From NCBI GenBank assembly GCA_002425245.1, contig DILW01000171.1:9804-73803 (forward strand): a stretch of DNA of 64,000 nt, in the 5' to 3' direction. Under the pieces are notes generated by a model. The model searched no databases. It had not been told where the DNA came from and was given only the letters and a program-made list of their open reading frames with translations. Shown piece after piece: positions 35,495 through 44,273 of the stretch (position 1 is its first letter; each line of letters begins with the position of its first letter). The position numbers and the translations under genes are program-made. The stretch comes from Betaproteobacteria bacterium UBA5582 (lineage in GTDB: Bacteria; Pseudomonadota; Gammaproteobacteria; Burkholderiales; Rhodocyclaceae).

Positions 35495-38211
35495 GCTGCC
35501 CCCATCCGCTTGAGGTGCTCCTCCACCTTGGCCGACAGTAGCGCCACCTCATCCACTAGCTGCGGCAATGGCGTCGTGTAGCGTTCGGCCAGTTCGCGGA
35601 TGCGGGCGGTCAGAGTCTGCCCGACGCGGTCAAGTTCGCCTTGCAGGTCAGCAGCCATCCGGGCCAGCCATTTGTCGTCCACCACCAGGGTCTTGATCTC
35701 ATCCACGCTGAGCTGGGCGTACTTCTCATAGGCCAACAGATCCAGAGCAGTATCCGCCTCTTTCACTCGCCCCTTGAGGGTGGCTTGTTGCTCCAGCAAC
35801 TCGAGACAGCGGACGGTGACTTGAAAATCAGCGAAGCTGACCGGCAGCGGCTCGCTTTCAAGTTGGGCTTTATAAAGGGTCTCGATCTCGGCGAACTGCT
35901 CAGCGGCCTGTTTGCTTTTGGTCTTCAGCGCAGCGACTGCTTCCGTGTAAGTGTTGAGTACGGCTCTTTCTGCCAGGTCTCCTGTAGCCGCAAGGCGGTC
36001 CTTCACCACCTTCAAAGTGAGCTTACCCTTGGGATTCTTGAGCACGGAGAAATAGCTGAATTCGGTGAGTTCACGAAGCTTGGCAGCGTGTTCATTCGCC
36101 TGCTCCATAAGGGTGTGGTAGCCCATGCAGGCCACCTTGTCGTTCTCTTTCCACAGCGCCAGCAATGCCTGGGTGTAAGCCTCCTGAGCATCGCCCTTCG
36201 TGGAGACATCCTTGAGCACCCCCTCCTCACCACCGTGCTCCTCTTTCAGTTCATCCAGGCTGGCAGTGATGGCTTCGAGCTCAGCCTGCAAGACATCCAG
36301 CGCCGCCTGCTCTTCAACGAAGTAGCGGGCCACCATCAACGGCTTGGGAATCAGGTCGCAGGCCCAGCCCTTGTCCTTCGATTTGCCTTTCTTGTCGACC
36401 TCGATGATGCGCGCCGGTTTGGCTACCCAGCCATCGGCGGCGATCAGGTAGGCGTCGTCCTGCATGGTTTCAGCCCAGTAGTCCATCAGATGCTGATAAA
36501 CGTCGTAGGGATCGAGCAGGGGCGCGGCCTGGAAGGCGGCGAGCAGGGTTTCGGAGACGGTGGCGATCAGGGCTTTGGGGTGATCGTTCTGAGCGAAGCC
36601 GGTGAGGCGCGGTGTGATGGCTTCGCGCCATTTGCCGAACAGGTTGTTCACCTTGCCGGTGAAGGCGATGAATTCGCCGTGGCCGAGGATGGCGGCCTTG
36701 ATCTCACCCATCGGCAGCTTGAGGCGGGCGTACCCGGGGCGGCCGGCCGATTCAAACAGCGTGGCGCGTAGGCCGGGCATCTGCTGCCAGTCGGCGGCGA
36801 AGGCGTCGATGTCCCGCTCCGGGATGCCACCGTTGAGGTGGGCGTCGATGTCCTGCAGGTCTTCCGGCTCGCTGCTGTCGATGTAGCGCGGCAGGTTAAG
36901 GTTGAAATCGTTCTTGGCGTCGGCGATCTCGGCGAAGGGCACCATGCGGGCGTAACGCGGGCTGTCGATCTGCCGGGTGAAGGTATCGACGATCTTGTGG
37001 ATGTCCTGCTCGCGCAGGCGGTTCTTGTTGCCGTCCTTGATGTAGCCCTTGGCAGCGTCGATCATGAACACGCCTTTGCGAGCGGCGGCGTTTTCCTTGT
37101 CCAGCACTAGGATGCAGGCGGGGATGCCCGTGCCGTAGAATAAGTTGGCTGGCAGGCCGATGATGCCCTTGAGGATGCCGGAGCGCACCAACTGCTGGCG
37201 GATGACCGCCTCGGCATTGCCGCGGAACAGCACGCCGTGGGGCAGGATGCAAGCGGCTTTGCCGTTGGCCTTCATGCTGCGGATGATGTGCAGCAGATAG
37301 GCGTAGTCGCCCTGCTTGGCCGGCGGCACGCCCCAGCCGAAGCGCTGGTAGAGGTCGTCTTCCGGGGTAAGGCCGGTGCTCCAGGTCTTGTCGGAAAAGG
37401 GTGGATTGGCGACCACGTAGTCGTAGGTGCGCAATCCCTCGCCATCCTTGAATTTGGGCGCCGCCAGGGTGTTGCCGGAGAGAATGTTGGCGGTGGGGAA
37501 GTCATGCAGGATCATGTTCATCCGCGCCAGACCGGCGGTGGTGACGTCTTTCTCCTGTCCTTCCAAAGTGATCTTGTTTCCAGCTTCGGCAGCGACCTTG
37601 AGCAGCAGCGAACCCGAGCCGCAGGTCGGGTCGTAGGCAGTGGTGGCGGCCTTGGTGTTTTCGGGTGAGATGCCGATCACCTTGGCGATGACCCGGCTGA
37701 CTTCGGACGGCGTGTAGAACTGCCCCTTGCTCTTGCCGGAATCCTGAGCGAAGTGGCGCATCAGGTACTCGTAGGCGTCACCGAGGATGTCGTCGTGCTC
37801 GGCGCGATTCTGGGAGAAGTCCAGCTCCGGCTTCTGGAAGATGCTGACCAGATTGGAGAGCCGTTCCACCATGGCCGAGCCTTCGCCCAGCTTGTTGGGA
37901 TCGTTGAAGTCCGGGAAGTCGCTGCGCGCCAGCCGGGCATTGGCATCGATCAGGGGCTGGATGATCTGGGTGTTGATCTTGTCGCCGATGTCGCTCTTGC
38001 CCTTGAGCGCGATCATGTCCTTGAAGCTGGCGCCCTTGGGAATGACCACGGGCGGGGCGAAGTCGTCGCTGTCGGCGTATTTGTCGCTGATGTACTTGAT
38101 GAACAGCATGAACAGGACGTAGTCCTTGTACTGGCTGGCATCCATGCCGCCACGCAGTTCATCGCAGGAGGCCCAGAGGGAGGAGTAGAGATCGGATTTC
38201 TTGATGGCCAT
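35485..38211 (-). CDS. hsdM: Type I R-M N6-adenine methyltransferase subunit with ~400-aa C-terminal extension
   Basis: HsdM N-terminus (DLYSSLWASCDELRGGMDASQYKDYVLFMLFIKYISDKY), SAM motif YDPTCGSGSLLL and catalytic VVANPPFS. The C-terminal half is coiled-coil-rich. Confidence 0.9.
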   Translation of the reverse strand: MAIKKSDLYSSLWASCDELRGGMDASQYKDYVLFMLFIKYISDKYADSDDFAPPVVIPKGASFKDMIALKGKSDIGDKINTQIIQPLIDANARLARSDFPDFNDPNKLGEGSAMVERLSNLVSIFQKPELDFSQNRAEHDDILGDAYEYLMRHFAQDSGKSKGQFYTPSEVSRVIAKVIGISPENTKAATTAYDPTCGSGSLLLKVAAEAGNKITLEGQEKDVTTAGLARMNMILHDFPTANILSGNTLAAPKFKDGEGLRTYDYVVANPPFSDKTWSTGLTPEDDLYQRFGWGVPPAKQGDYAYLLHIIRSMKANGKAACILPHGVLFRGNAEAVIRQQLVRSGILKGIIGLPANLFYGTGIPACILVLDKENAAARKGVFMIDAAKGYIKDGNKNRLREQDIHKIVDTFTRQIDSPRYARMVPFAEIADAKNDFNLNLPRYIDSSEPEDLQDIDAHLNGGIPERDIDAFAADWQQMPGLRATLFESAGRPGYARLKLPMGEIKAAILGHGEFIAFTGKVNNLFGKWREAITPRLTGFAQNDHPKALIATVSETLLAAFQAAPLLDPYDVYQHLMDYWAETMQDDAYLIAADGWVAKPARIIEVDKKGKSKDKGWACDLIPKPLMVARYFVEEQAALDVLQAELEAITASLDELKEEHGGEEGVLKDVSTKGDAQEAYTQALLALWKENDKVACMGYHTLMEQANEHAAKLRELTEFSYFSVLKNPKGKLTLKVVKDRLAATGDLAERAVLNTYTEAVAALKTKSKQAAEQFAEIETLYKAQLESEPLPVSFADFQVTVRCLELLEQQATLKGRVKEADTALDLLAYEKYAQLSVDEIKTLVVDDKWLARMAADLQGELDRVGQTLTARIRELAERYTTPLPQLVDEVALLSAKVEEHLKRMGAAWK

Positions 38212-38423
38212 GGGGTGTTGCTTGGGTCATTGGGCGAAAGGCGAAACTTTAACGCATGACCCTACGCATCGAGCCGCTCAATTACCGACTATCAGCCTTT
38301 GCGGACATACACCTTCTAAAAGCAATTGGCCTAATCTGCTCAGGGAGCAGCCATTTTGCCTTTGGAGCCTTGGAATGAAGGCTTTTTTGCTAGCTAGCTG
38401 CCTTCCTTGGCTTCACTTTCGTC

Positions 38424-39278
38424 CTAGTATTTCCACGGGGCCCATACCTTTTCGGAACGGGGTAGTTTAAGGATCGAAAAGACACAGTCGTATTGCTCAG
38501 AGACGATCTTCATTTCCTTGATAATGCTGTTCTTGTCAGCATGAGGAAACCAGACCTGCGCAGCCATCTCGACCCCGTGGCGATCATGGGTCACTGTCGC
38601 ATTTGCCGCCAATGAGGCACTTGGAATTTCGATGGCGCTTTGACTGGTCTTGAAAAAGGCGCCAGCATTGAAGGCTCTATTGCTTGACCAGGCCCAGTCC
38701 ATATAGCCGTCTTTCGAGACGACAAGCACCGCACTGTCGTCTGTATGCTCAAGCCATCTCAAAGTCGCGGCTGTCAAAGAGACACCATAGCGATCTGCGC
38801 AGTGCCCAAGCAGGTCAAAATCGACTTCGGCATTTAGTTGCTTCCGATAGTCGTTCAGCGGCATTAGTAAGTTAGATGCAAACAGGTCGGCTTGAGCTTC
38901 GATATTGGTTGAGTCTGCAGACCAATTACGCATGTCCTCCTCGGTGCACATGAATTCATTTTGCATTGTTCTGTGCAGGATGTAGTGACCTAGCTCGTGA
39001 GCTTGAGTGAAGCGAGTACGGCCTTCCGAAGTGACTTTCGAGTTGTACAGTAGCTTCCAGGCTGTCTTGTTTTCATTCGGAAACAGCATGCCTTCAAAAT
39101 TCTTGATGGCGACCCCCTCTACTTCCGTGATCGGGTCCGACCATTTGAAGATATTGGCCGTTTCCTTAGCCATCAACGGCACATCAACTGGAAACCGTTT
39201 TTGGAATTCTGCTGGAATGGCATCCAATATTTTGCAGAGGCGGTTGGCTGCCTTCTGAGGCGTCTGTTTGTCGCCCAT
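38424..39278 (-). CDS. capP: ImmA/IrrE-type metallopeptidase (CapP-like CBASS regulator)
   Basis: HExxH motif (AHELGHYILH). It is translationally coupled downstream of the XRE gene and divergent from the CBASS operon. Confidence 0.8.
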   Translation of the reverse strand: MGDKQTPQKAANRLCKILDAIPAEFQKRFPVDVPLMAKETANIFKWSDPITEVEGVAIKNFEGMLFPNENKTAWKLLYNSKVTSEGRTRFTQAHELGHYILHRTMQNEFMCTEEDMRNWSADSTNIEAQADLFASNLLMPLNDYRKQLNAEVDFDLLGHCADRYGVSLTAATLRWLEHTDDSAVLVVSKDGYMDWAWSSNRAFNAGAFFKTSQSAIEIPSASLAANATVTHDRHGVEMAAQVWFPHADKNSIIKEMKIVSEQYDCVFSILKLPRSEKVWAPWKY

Positions 39279-39598
39279 TAGCTCTTCTTGAAGGTTTCCA
39301 TAATCTTGCGCAAACGTTCCTTGTCTTCGGCTTCCAGATCTTGGTAGTCACGATAGAACGCTGCATCGAGATGTCTTTGCTCTGGCGCGCGAATGTCATC
39401 CTCAATGAAGAAAACTGAGTCAACGCCGAGGACTTTCCCTAGTGCATTTAGCTTCTCGGCCGATGGTCGCTGCGACTCACGATTCTCAAGTTCCCAAATA
39501 TAGCTTTTGCTGAGCCCCGAGAGTTCGGCGAGCTTCTCCAGGGTCAGTTCTTTCTCTTTGCGAAGTGATTTCAGCTTATCGCCGAGTCGAGTTGCCAC
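39278..39598 (-). CDS. capH: XRE-family HTH repressor (CapH-like CBASS regulator)
   Basis: 106 aa with HTH LTLEKLAELSGLSKSYIWELENRESQRPSAEKL. It is divergent from the CD-NTase gene. Confidence 0.8.
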   Translation of the reverse strand: MATRLGDKLKSLRKEKELTLEKLAELSGLSKSYIWELENRESQRPSAEKLNALGKVLGVDSVFFIEDDIRAPEQRHLDAAFYRDYQDLEAEDKERLRKIMETFKKS

Positions 39599-39786
39599 TT
39601 TTTTCTCCGTGTTTACAATAACTTATTAAATAATAGCACGATTCCGAACTTTTTCTATGGCTTTTACAATTCGAGAGGTGTAGCATCTGGAAAAAGTTCG
39701 CTATTCCGAACATTTAGTTAGCTTACATTGGTACTCATGTAAGCCCGGTCGCTCAGTCTGAAGCAATAAAAAAGAAAGGAATATGG
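39599..39786. promoter_or_regulatory. Divergent capH/cdn promoter-operator region with repeats
   Basis: CGAACTTTTTC (39646-56) pairs with GAAAAAGTTCG (39690-700) as an inverted repeat. ATTCCGAAC occurs as a direct repeat at 39641 and 39703. A palindrome GCTTACAT-N8-ATGTAAGC lies at 39721-44. Confidence 0.5.
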
Positions 39787-40755
39787 ATGTCGAAGGTGCA
39801 TGTTGGGCACGCGGAGTTGGCCAGCTTCGCTGAAGAAAGGGTCAATCTACCCAAAGACAAGGCCGATGAATATCGCGATCAAGCCCAGCGCCTTCAGGAC
39901 AAGCTGGAGCGCTATCTGGACGAGCACCCCGACTTTACGCTGAAGCGCATGCTTCTGTCGGGCAGCCTGGCCAAAGGCACTGCGCTGCGTTCGCTGAACG
40001 ATATCGATGTAGCAGTGTACATCCAGGGCGCCGATGCACCGCATGACGTGAGAGCCTTGCTGGGCTACCTGACAGAGCGGTTGCGCAAAGCGTTCCCGAA
40101 CTTTAGTCCGGATCAGGTGAAGCCGCAGACCTATTCGGTTACGGTCTCGTTCAAAGGTAGCGGCCTTGATGTGGACGTAGTGCCAATATTGTATTCAGGC
40201 AAGCCGCAGTGGCGCGGCAACCTGGTTAGCCAGGACGATGGTTCCTTCCTGGAAACCAGCATCCCGTTGCACCTCGAGTTCGCACGCAAGCGGAAACGGG
40301 CGCAGACGCCGCACTTCGCCCAGGTTGTTCGGCTGGTGAAGTATTGGGCTTCCCTGCAGAAGGTGGCAAACCCGGAAAATTTCCGCTTCAAGTCCTTCAT
40401 GATCGAGATGATCCTCGCGAAGCTTTCGGATAAGGGCGTGGACTTCTCGGATTATCCCGAGGCGCTACAGTCGTTTTTTACCTTCATCGCAAACAAGGGC
40501 TTGCAAAAGCGCATTGTATTCGAGGACAACTACCTCGCCTCGGATGTGCCTGCGTCGAACGACCTGATCCAGATCATCGATCCAGTCAACGTCACGAACA
40601 ATGTTGCACGCCTGTATACCCAAACCAATCTGGATGCCATTGTCGATTCGGCGCTCGAGGCCGGCGAGGCAATCGATGCCGCGCTTACCGCCCCTACCAA
40701 ACAATTGACCGTCTACTACTGGCAGAAGGTCTTCGGCTCGTCTTTCCAAGTTTGA
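39787..40755 (+). CDS. cdnC: CD-NTase (cGAS/DncV-like nucleotidyltransferase), CdnC-like
   Basis: Active-site context SGSLAKGTALRSLNDIDVAVYI. From memory it strongly resembles the E. coli MS115-1 type III CBASS cyclase. A good RBS is present. Confidence 0.85.
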   Translation: MSKVHVGHAELASFAEERVNLPKDKADEYRDQAQRLQDKLERYLDEHPDFTLKRMLLSGSLAKGTALRSLNDIDVAVYIQGADAPHDVRALLGYLTERLRKAFPNFSPDQVKPQTYSVTVSFKGSGLDVDVVPILYSGKPQWRGNLVSQDDGSFLETSIPLHLEFARKRKRAQTPHFAQVVRLVKYWASLQKVANPENFRFKSFMIEMILAKLSDKGVDFSDYPEALQSFFTFIANKGLQKRIVFEDNYLASDVPASNDLIQIIDPVNVTNNVARLYTQTNLDAIVDSALEAGEAIDAALTAPTKQLTVYYWQKVFGSSFQV

Positions 40756-40762
40756 GGTACCT

Positions 40763-41275
40763 ATGTCTTCCTTCACCATTACTGACTCGGCTACCTTTAC
40801 GATCACCCATGCTCGCCACATGGGCGCCAAAGTAGCCGCAGATTTGAAGCGTATCCAACGCTTGTACGGTGGCATTAGCGACGAATGGATCGCTCAATAT
40901 GAGGCTGAACTCATCGAATACATTAAAGCCGGCTACGTCGATACCGTGACATATGGGTACCAAATCGACGATCAGTGGATTGAACCCACGCTGCGCTACA
41001 CGGCACGCGAACTGAATGGGTACGATTTCAGTGACGATGATCCTGGCAAGGTACGGCCTGGTGCAGATGTCACCGGCGCTCGCTTCACCAGTTATCTCAC
41101 CTATAGCAGCAAGTGGAGCAATGCGAGCCAGGCCGAAAAAGATTCATTCAAGGGACGGCTTCCGTTTAGCCGGGGTACTGGTTCCGAACCAACGATCAGG
41201 GGCTACTTGCTCAACGACAAGACTTATTCGGCGGGCGGGCGGTCCCTTGCCCGTTCCAGCGTAAGGAGCTTTTGA
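40763..41275 (+). CDS. cap7: Bacterial HORMA-domain protein (Cap7-like)
   Basis: 170 aa. The strings TFTITHARHMGAKVAADLKRIQRLYG and NDKTYSAGGRSLARSSVRSF match my recollection of CBASS HORMA proteins. It sits between the cyclase and the AAA+ gene. Confidence 0.8.
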   Translation: MSSFTITDSATFTITHARHMGAKVAADLKRIQRLYGGISDEWIAQYEAELIEYIKAGYVDTVTYGYQIDDQWIEPTLRYTARELNGYDFSDDDPGKVRPGADVTGARFTSYLTYSSKWSNASQAEKDSFKGRLPFSRGTGSEPTIRGYLLNDKTYSAGGRSLARSSVRSF

Positions 41276-42222
41276 TGATGAACAAACCCACAATTGACGA
41301 ACTATTCGAGCGTCGCATCACCTATCCCGATTTTGAGCCACAGGAGCGACTGGCAAAGCTAGTTGGTTTGGATGACCAAAAGGCCCGGCTGGCCAAGATA
41401 CTAGGCTTACTGGTGAATCCGGTGGCTCTGGAGATGTGGGCCAAGGAGCATCATCCCGGTCAAGCGGCGAAAGCGCTGCTCGATACAGTGCTGCGCCGTC
41501 CGCCGCTGGTCGTCCTTGCCGGCGACGTTGGTTCTGGTAAGACTGAACTGGCCGAGACTATCGGCGATGCCGTTGCACGCGCACAGCGCATCAACATCAC
41601 TCTGTTCCCCTTGAGCCTGGCGACACGCGGCCAGGGGCGTGTTGGTGAAATGACACAACTCGTTTCCGCTGCGTTCGACCATACCGTGGTTGAGGCGAAG
41701 AAACTTAAGGGCGCAGGAAACGGTCCTTCGCGTGGCGCGGTCATTCTGTTGGTCGACGAAGCGGATGCTCTGGCCCAATCGCGCGAGAACGCGCAGATGC
41801 ACCACGAGGATCGTGCCGGGGTGAACGCCTTCATCCGCGGGATTGACCGGATTGCCAACGCCCGCCTGCCAGCGGCGGTCATCATGTGCACCAACCGCTT
41901 GAGTGCCCTGGACCCGGCAGTACGCCGCCGTGCTGCCGAAGTGTTGAGTTTTTCCCGTCCGAACGACGAACAGCGCCGCCATGTCTTCCACCATCGCCTG
42001 GCTCCGTTAGGCCTAGGTACGCAGCATATCGACGCGCTGGTTCGTGCGACGGGTGCCAAGAATGGACATGATATCGGCTTCACTTTTTCCGATCTGACGC
42101 AACGCTTGATTCCGACGATCGTGCTTGACGCCTACCCGTCGAATCCAGTTGAAGGCACGCGGGCGATTGCGATTGCTCGCGATATGCAACCCACGCCGCC
42201 TTTCCGCGACGGCGTGAATTAA
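41275..42222 (+). CDS. cap6: TRIP13/Pch2-like AAA+ ATPase (Cap6-like)
   Basis: Walker A AGDVGSGKT and Walker B VILLVDEAD. The ATG overlaps the HORMA stop (ATGA) and follows AAGGAG. Confidence 0.8.
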   Translation: MMNKPTIDELFERRITYPDFEPQERLAKLVGLDDQKARLAKILGLLVNPVALEMWAKEHHPGQAAKALLDTVLRRPPLVVLAGDVGSGKTELAETIGDAVARAQRINITLFPLSLATRGQGRVGEMTQLVSAAFDHTVVEAKKLKGAGNGPSRGAVILLVDEADALAQSRENAQMHHEDRAGVNAFIRGIDRIANARLPAAVIMCTNRLSALDPAVRRRAAEVLSFSRPNDEQRRHVFHHRLAPLGLGTQHIDALVRATGAKNGHDIGFTFSDLTQRLIPTIVLDAYPSNPVEGTRAIAIARDMQPTPPFRDGVN

Positions 42223-42231
42223 GCAGGTGAG

Positions 42232-43749
42232 ATGATGACTCAAGCTGTTTCGGTAAGGCGCGAAGGCGATGTTTTTCAGGCTAGGATGTTCTGGAAGAAG
42301 GCAGCCAGCCTACTAGATCCGGACTGCCCTATCATTAAGGTCGGGTTCGAGTGCGGACCGAAGAGCTTCGACGACCTCTGGGTCGAATATGATCCGGCGC
42401 GCTGTCTTCAAGATCAGCACGGGCATCCTTTGCGGCGTGAGCACATCCAGTGCAAATGGCATGTGAGGCCGGATACCTACGGCCACATGCATCTGATCGA
42501 TCCCGAGTTCATCAATGCCGAAAGGCATTCGCTGCTGCAGAAGGCCCGCCAAGCGCAGTTGGTGCATGCGCCCGAAGGCGTTGGCTCGCGCTTTCGGCTG
42601 CTGACGAACTGGCGCGTCGCTGACCCTCTGCGCAAACTTGTGATCCAGCGCTCCAGCACGCTGCGACTCGACGACTTGTTTGCTACCAAAACTGACCGCA
42701 GCGAAACGGGGCAGATACGCAAGGCGTGGTGTGATCACCTAGGGATTGATGAAGACGAACTGCGTATATTTTTGCGTACGCTGGCACTGAGCGAGTCGGT
42801 CGACTCTCTCGATGCGATGCAGGAGAGCCTGAACGATCTATTCCGGGGGGTTGGCTTGCGTTGCGTGTATGGCGATCAAGTCGCGTTTCCATACGATGAG
42901 ATTGTCTTCAACTGGATGGCGCAAGGCCGGCAGGAATTTGACCGTGCCTCGTTCCGTGACGCCTGCGCGCAGGAGGACCTGCTGCAATCAGGGCAAGGTC
43001 GGGCGATCGTATACGGTGTTAGATCCTTTGAGCATCCGATCGATCAGCTCAGCGATCGCTGTGTCGAAGTCCTCGATTTCGTACCCAATTTTAATGAGCG
43101 CTTGATACACGATGGCGCCTCTTGGTCTAAAACGCTCTATCCGGCTTTGCGGAGCTTTCTGCTGTCCGCAGCAAAGAAAAGCAACAAACTACGACTCGCT
43201 CTGGATGCGCATATCACCTTGGCTTTTGCCGCCGGTTCGGTGCTCAACGTCAAATCGGGCTGCGAGATCGAACTGGAACAACGTTCTGGTGGCCGGAATA
43301 TCTGGAAAGCCGGCGACAGCAACCCGGAGCCGTCATGGGCCAACTGGTTTTTTGAACGAGAGGAACTACGTACGGATGGCGTAGGGCAAGTGGTCGTCGT
43401 GGCATTGACCCATGACATAGAGGCCGACGTGAAGCGCTATCTGGCCCAGGCCTTGCCCAATGCGGCGCGGATACTCGTCGCGCGTCCTTCGATGGGCATC
43501 GGCCGTTGGTCCATTGCCAGCGGGCAGCACGCGATGATTTTGGCCGAGACACTCGCCCAGCGAATTGCAGCTGAGCAAGTGGTGAATCGCCAGCCAATCC
43601 ATCTTTTTATAGCTGGGCCGAATGCCTTTACGTTCTTTCTAGGACAGTATCAGCCCGGACTTGGCAAAACTACCCTCTATGAATTCGATTTCGAAGGCTT
43701 CAATGGTAGCGGCTACACGCCATCGTTGATCTTGCCAGTTGCCCAATGA
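42232..43749 (+). CDS. cap4: Cap4-like effector: N-terminal PD-(D/E)xK-type nuclease domain plus C-terminal SAVED domain
   Basis: N-terminal strings GDVFQARMFW...FDDLWVEYDP...IQCKWH. The C-terminus is SAVED-like (LALDAHITLAFAAGSVL, IHLFIAGPNAFTFFLGQY). It is the last gene of the CBASS operon. Confidence 0.7.
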   Translation: MMTQAVSVRREGDVFQARMFWKKAASLLDPDCPIIKVGFECGPKSFDDLWVEYDPARCLQDQHGHPLRREHIQCKWHVRPDTYGHMHLIDPEFINAERHSLLQKARQAQLVHAPEGVGSRFRLLTNWRVADPLRKLVIQRSSTLRLDDLFATKTDRSETGQIRKAWCDHLGIDEDELRIFLRTLALSESVDSLDAMQESLNDLFRGVGLRCVYGDQVAFPYDEIVFNWMAQGRQEFDRASFRDACAQEDLLQSGQGRAIVYGVRSFEHPIDQLSDRCVEVLDFVPNFNERLIHDGASWSKTLYPALRSFLLSAAKKSNKLRLALDAHITLAFAAGSVLNVKSGCEIELEQRSGGRNIWKAGDSNPEPSWANWFFEREELRTDGVGQVVVVALTHDIEADVKRYLAQALPNAARILVARPSMGIGRWSIASGQHAMILAETLAQRIAAEQVVNRQPIHLFIAGPNAFTFFLGQYQPGLGKTTLYEFDFEGFNGSGYTPSLILPVAQ

Positions 43750-43845
43750 AATAGCCGGTCTGCCATAAGAACCAGCTATTTGTGGTTAGAAGGCCGCTGA
43801 CCGCGAAGGCCGAACATCTGCCATTGAATCTTGACGCTCGAATAC

Positions 43846-43880
43846 AAAGAGGCCACTCTGTGCAAGTGGCCTCTTTGTTT
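43846..43880 (+). terminator. Rho-independent terminator of the CBASS operon
   Basis: AAAGAGGCCACT-ctgtgca-AGTGGCCTCTTT followed by GTTT. Confidence 0.7.
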
Positions 43881-43885
43881 AGGTA

Positions 43886-43940
43886 ATTCCCACGAAATCT
43901 AGACTTTTGGGAAAAATCTAGACAATCGTGAGATCCTACA
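43886..43940. repeat. gyrB-proximal (right-type) end of element X
   Basis: 55 bp, of which 52 are identical to 56237-56291. It has two AAATCTAGAC copies 19 bp apart and ends ...GATCCTACA. Confidence 0.8.
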
Positions 43941-43947
43941 ACAAGCC
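43941..43947. repeat. 7-bp junction ACAAGCC holding the right TSD of X (ACAAG) overlapped with the left TSD of Y (AAGCC)
   Basis: 43941-45 equals 22353-57, and 43943-47 equals 56292-96. Confidence 0.8.
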
Positions 43948-44273
43948 TGTAGGTTCCCATCTGGGTTGTTAGGAGCGAGTTGGATAGTTCAGCAGGTTAC
44001 ACAACGCGAATCGGATCAACAGCGGCCTCATTCCCAATCAACACGATAATCCTAGGGATTCTCTGAACAACCCCCAGCGGCTGATCTCGAACGCACCTTC
44101 CACCAGCGCAATAGGCTTAACCGTTCCCTCCCTGGCCAACTGGATCAGTGGGAAGCGAAATCCTACATCACGTGACTAGTACAAGACCGCCGAGCAGCCT
44201 GGAAATAGTCGGTGGCGAGCTAGCGACCGTAGCGAAGACGCAGATACAGTTTCATTGCGAAAGCTGTTCGACA

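Larger units (their letters stand above)
22358..43940 (-). mobile_element. Tn7-like transposon X (21,583 bp): xre-tnsA-tnsB-tnsC-tniQ plus R-M, CBASS and unknown cargo
   Basis: Termini are TGTAGGTTC (22358-) and GATCCTACA (-43940), an 8/9 inverted repeat of TGT...ACA type. It has a perfect 5-bp TSD (ACAAG) and a complete heteromeric transposase gene set. Confidence 0.85.

Noticed and set aside
38201-38470. 89-aa plus-strand ORF, and a weak hairpin plus T5 (38366-38388), in the hsdM-capP spacer.
   Set aside because: The ORF overlaps the ends of both flanking genes and has an implausible composition. The stem is only 6 bp, so it is not reported as a feature.
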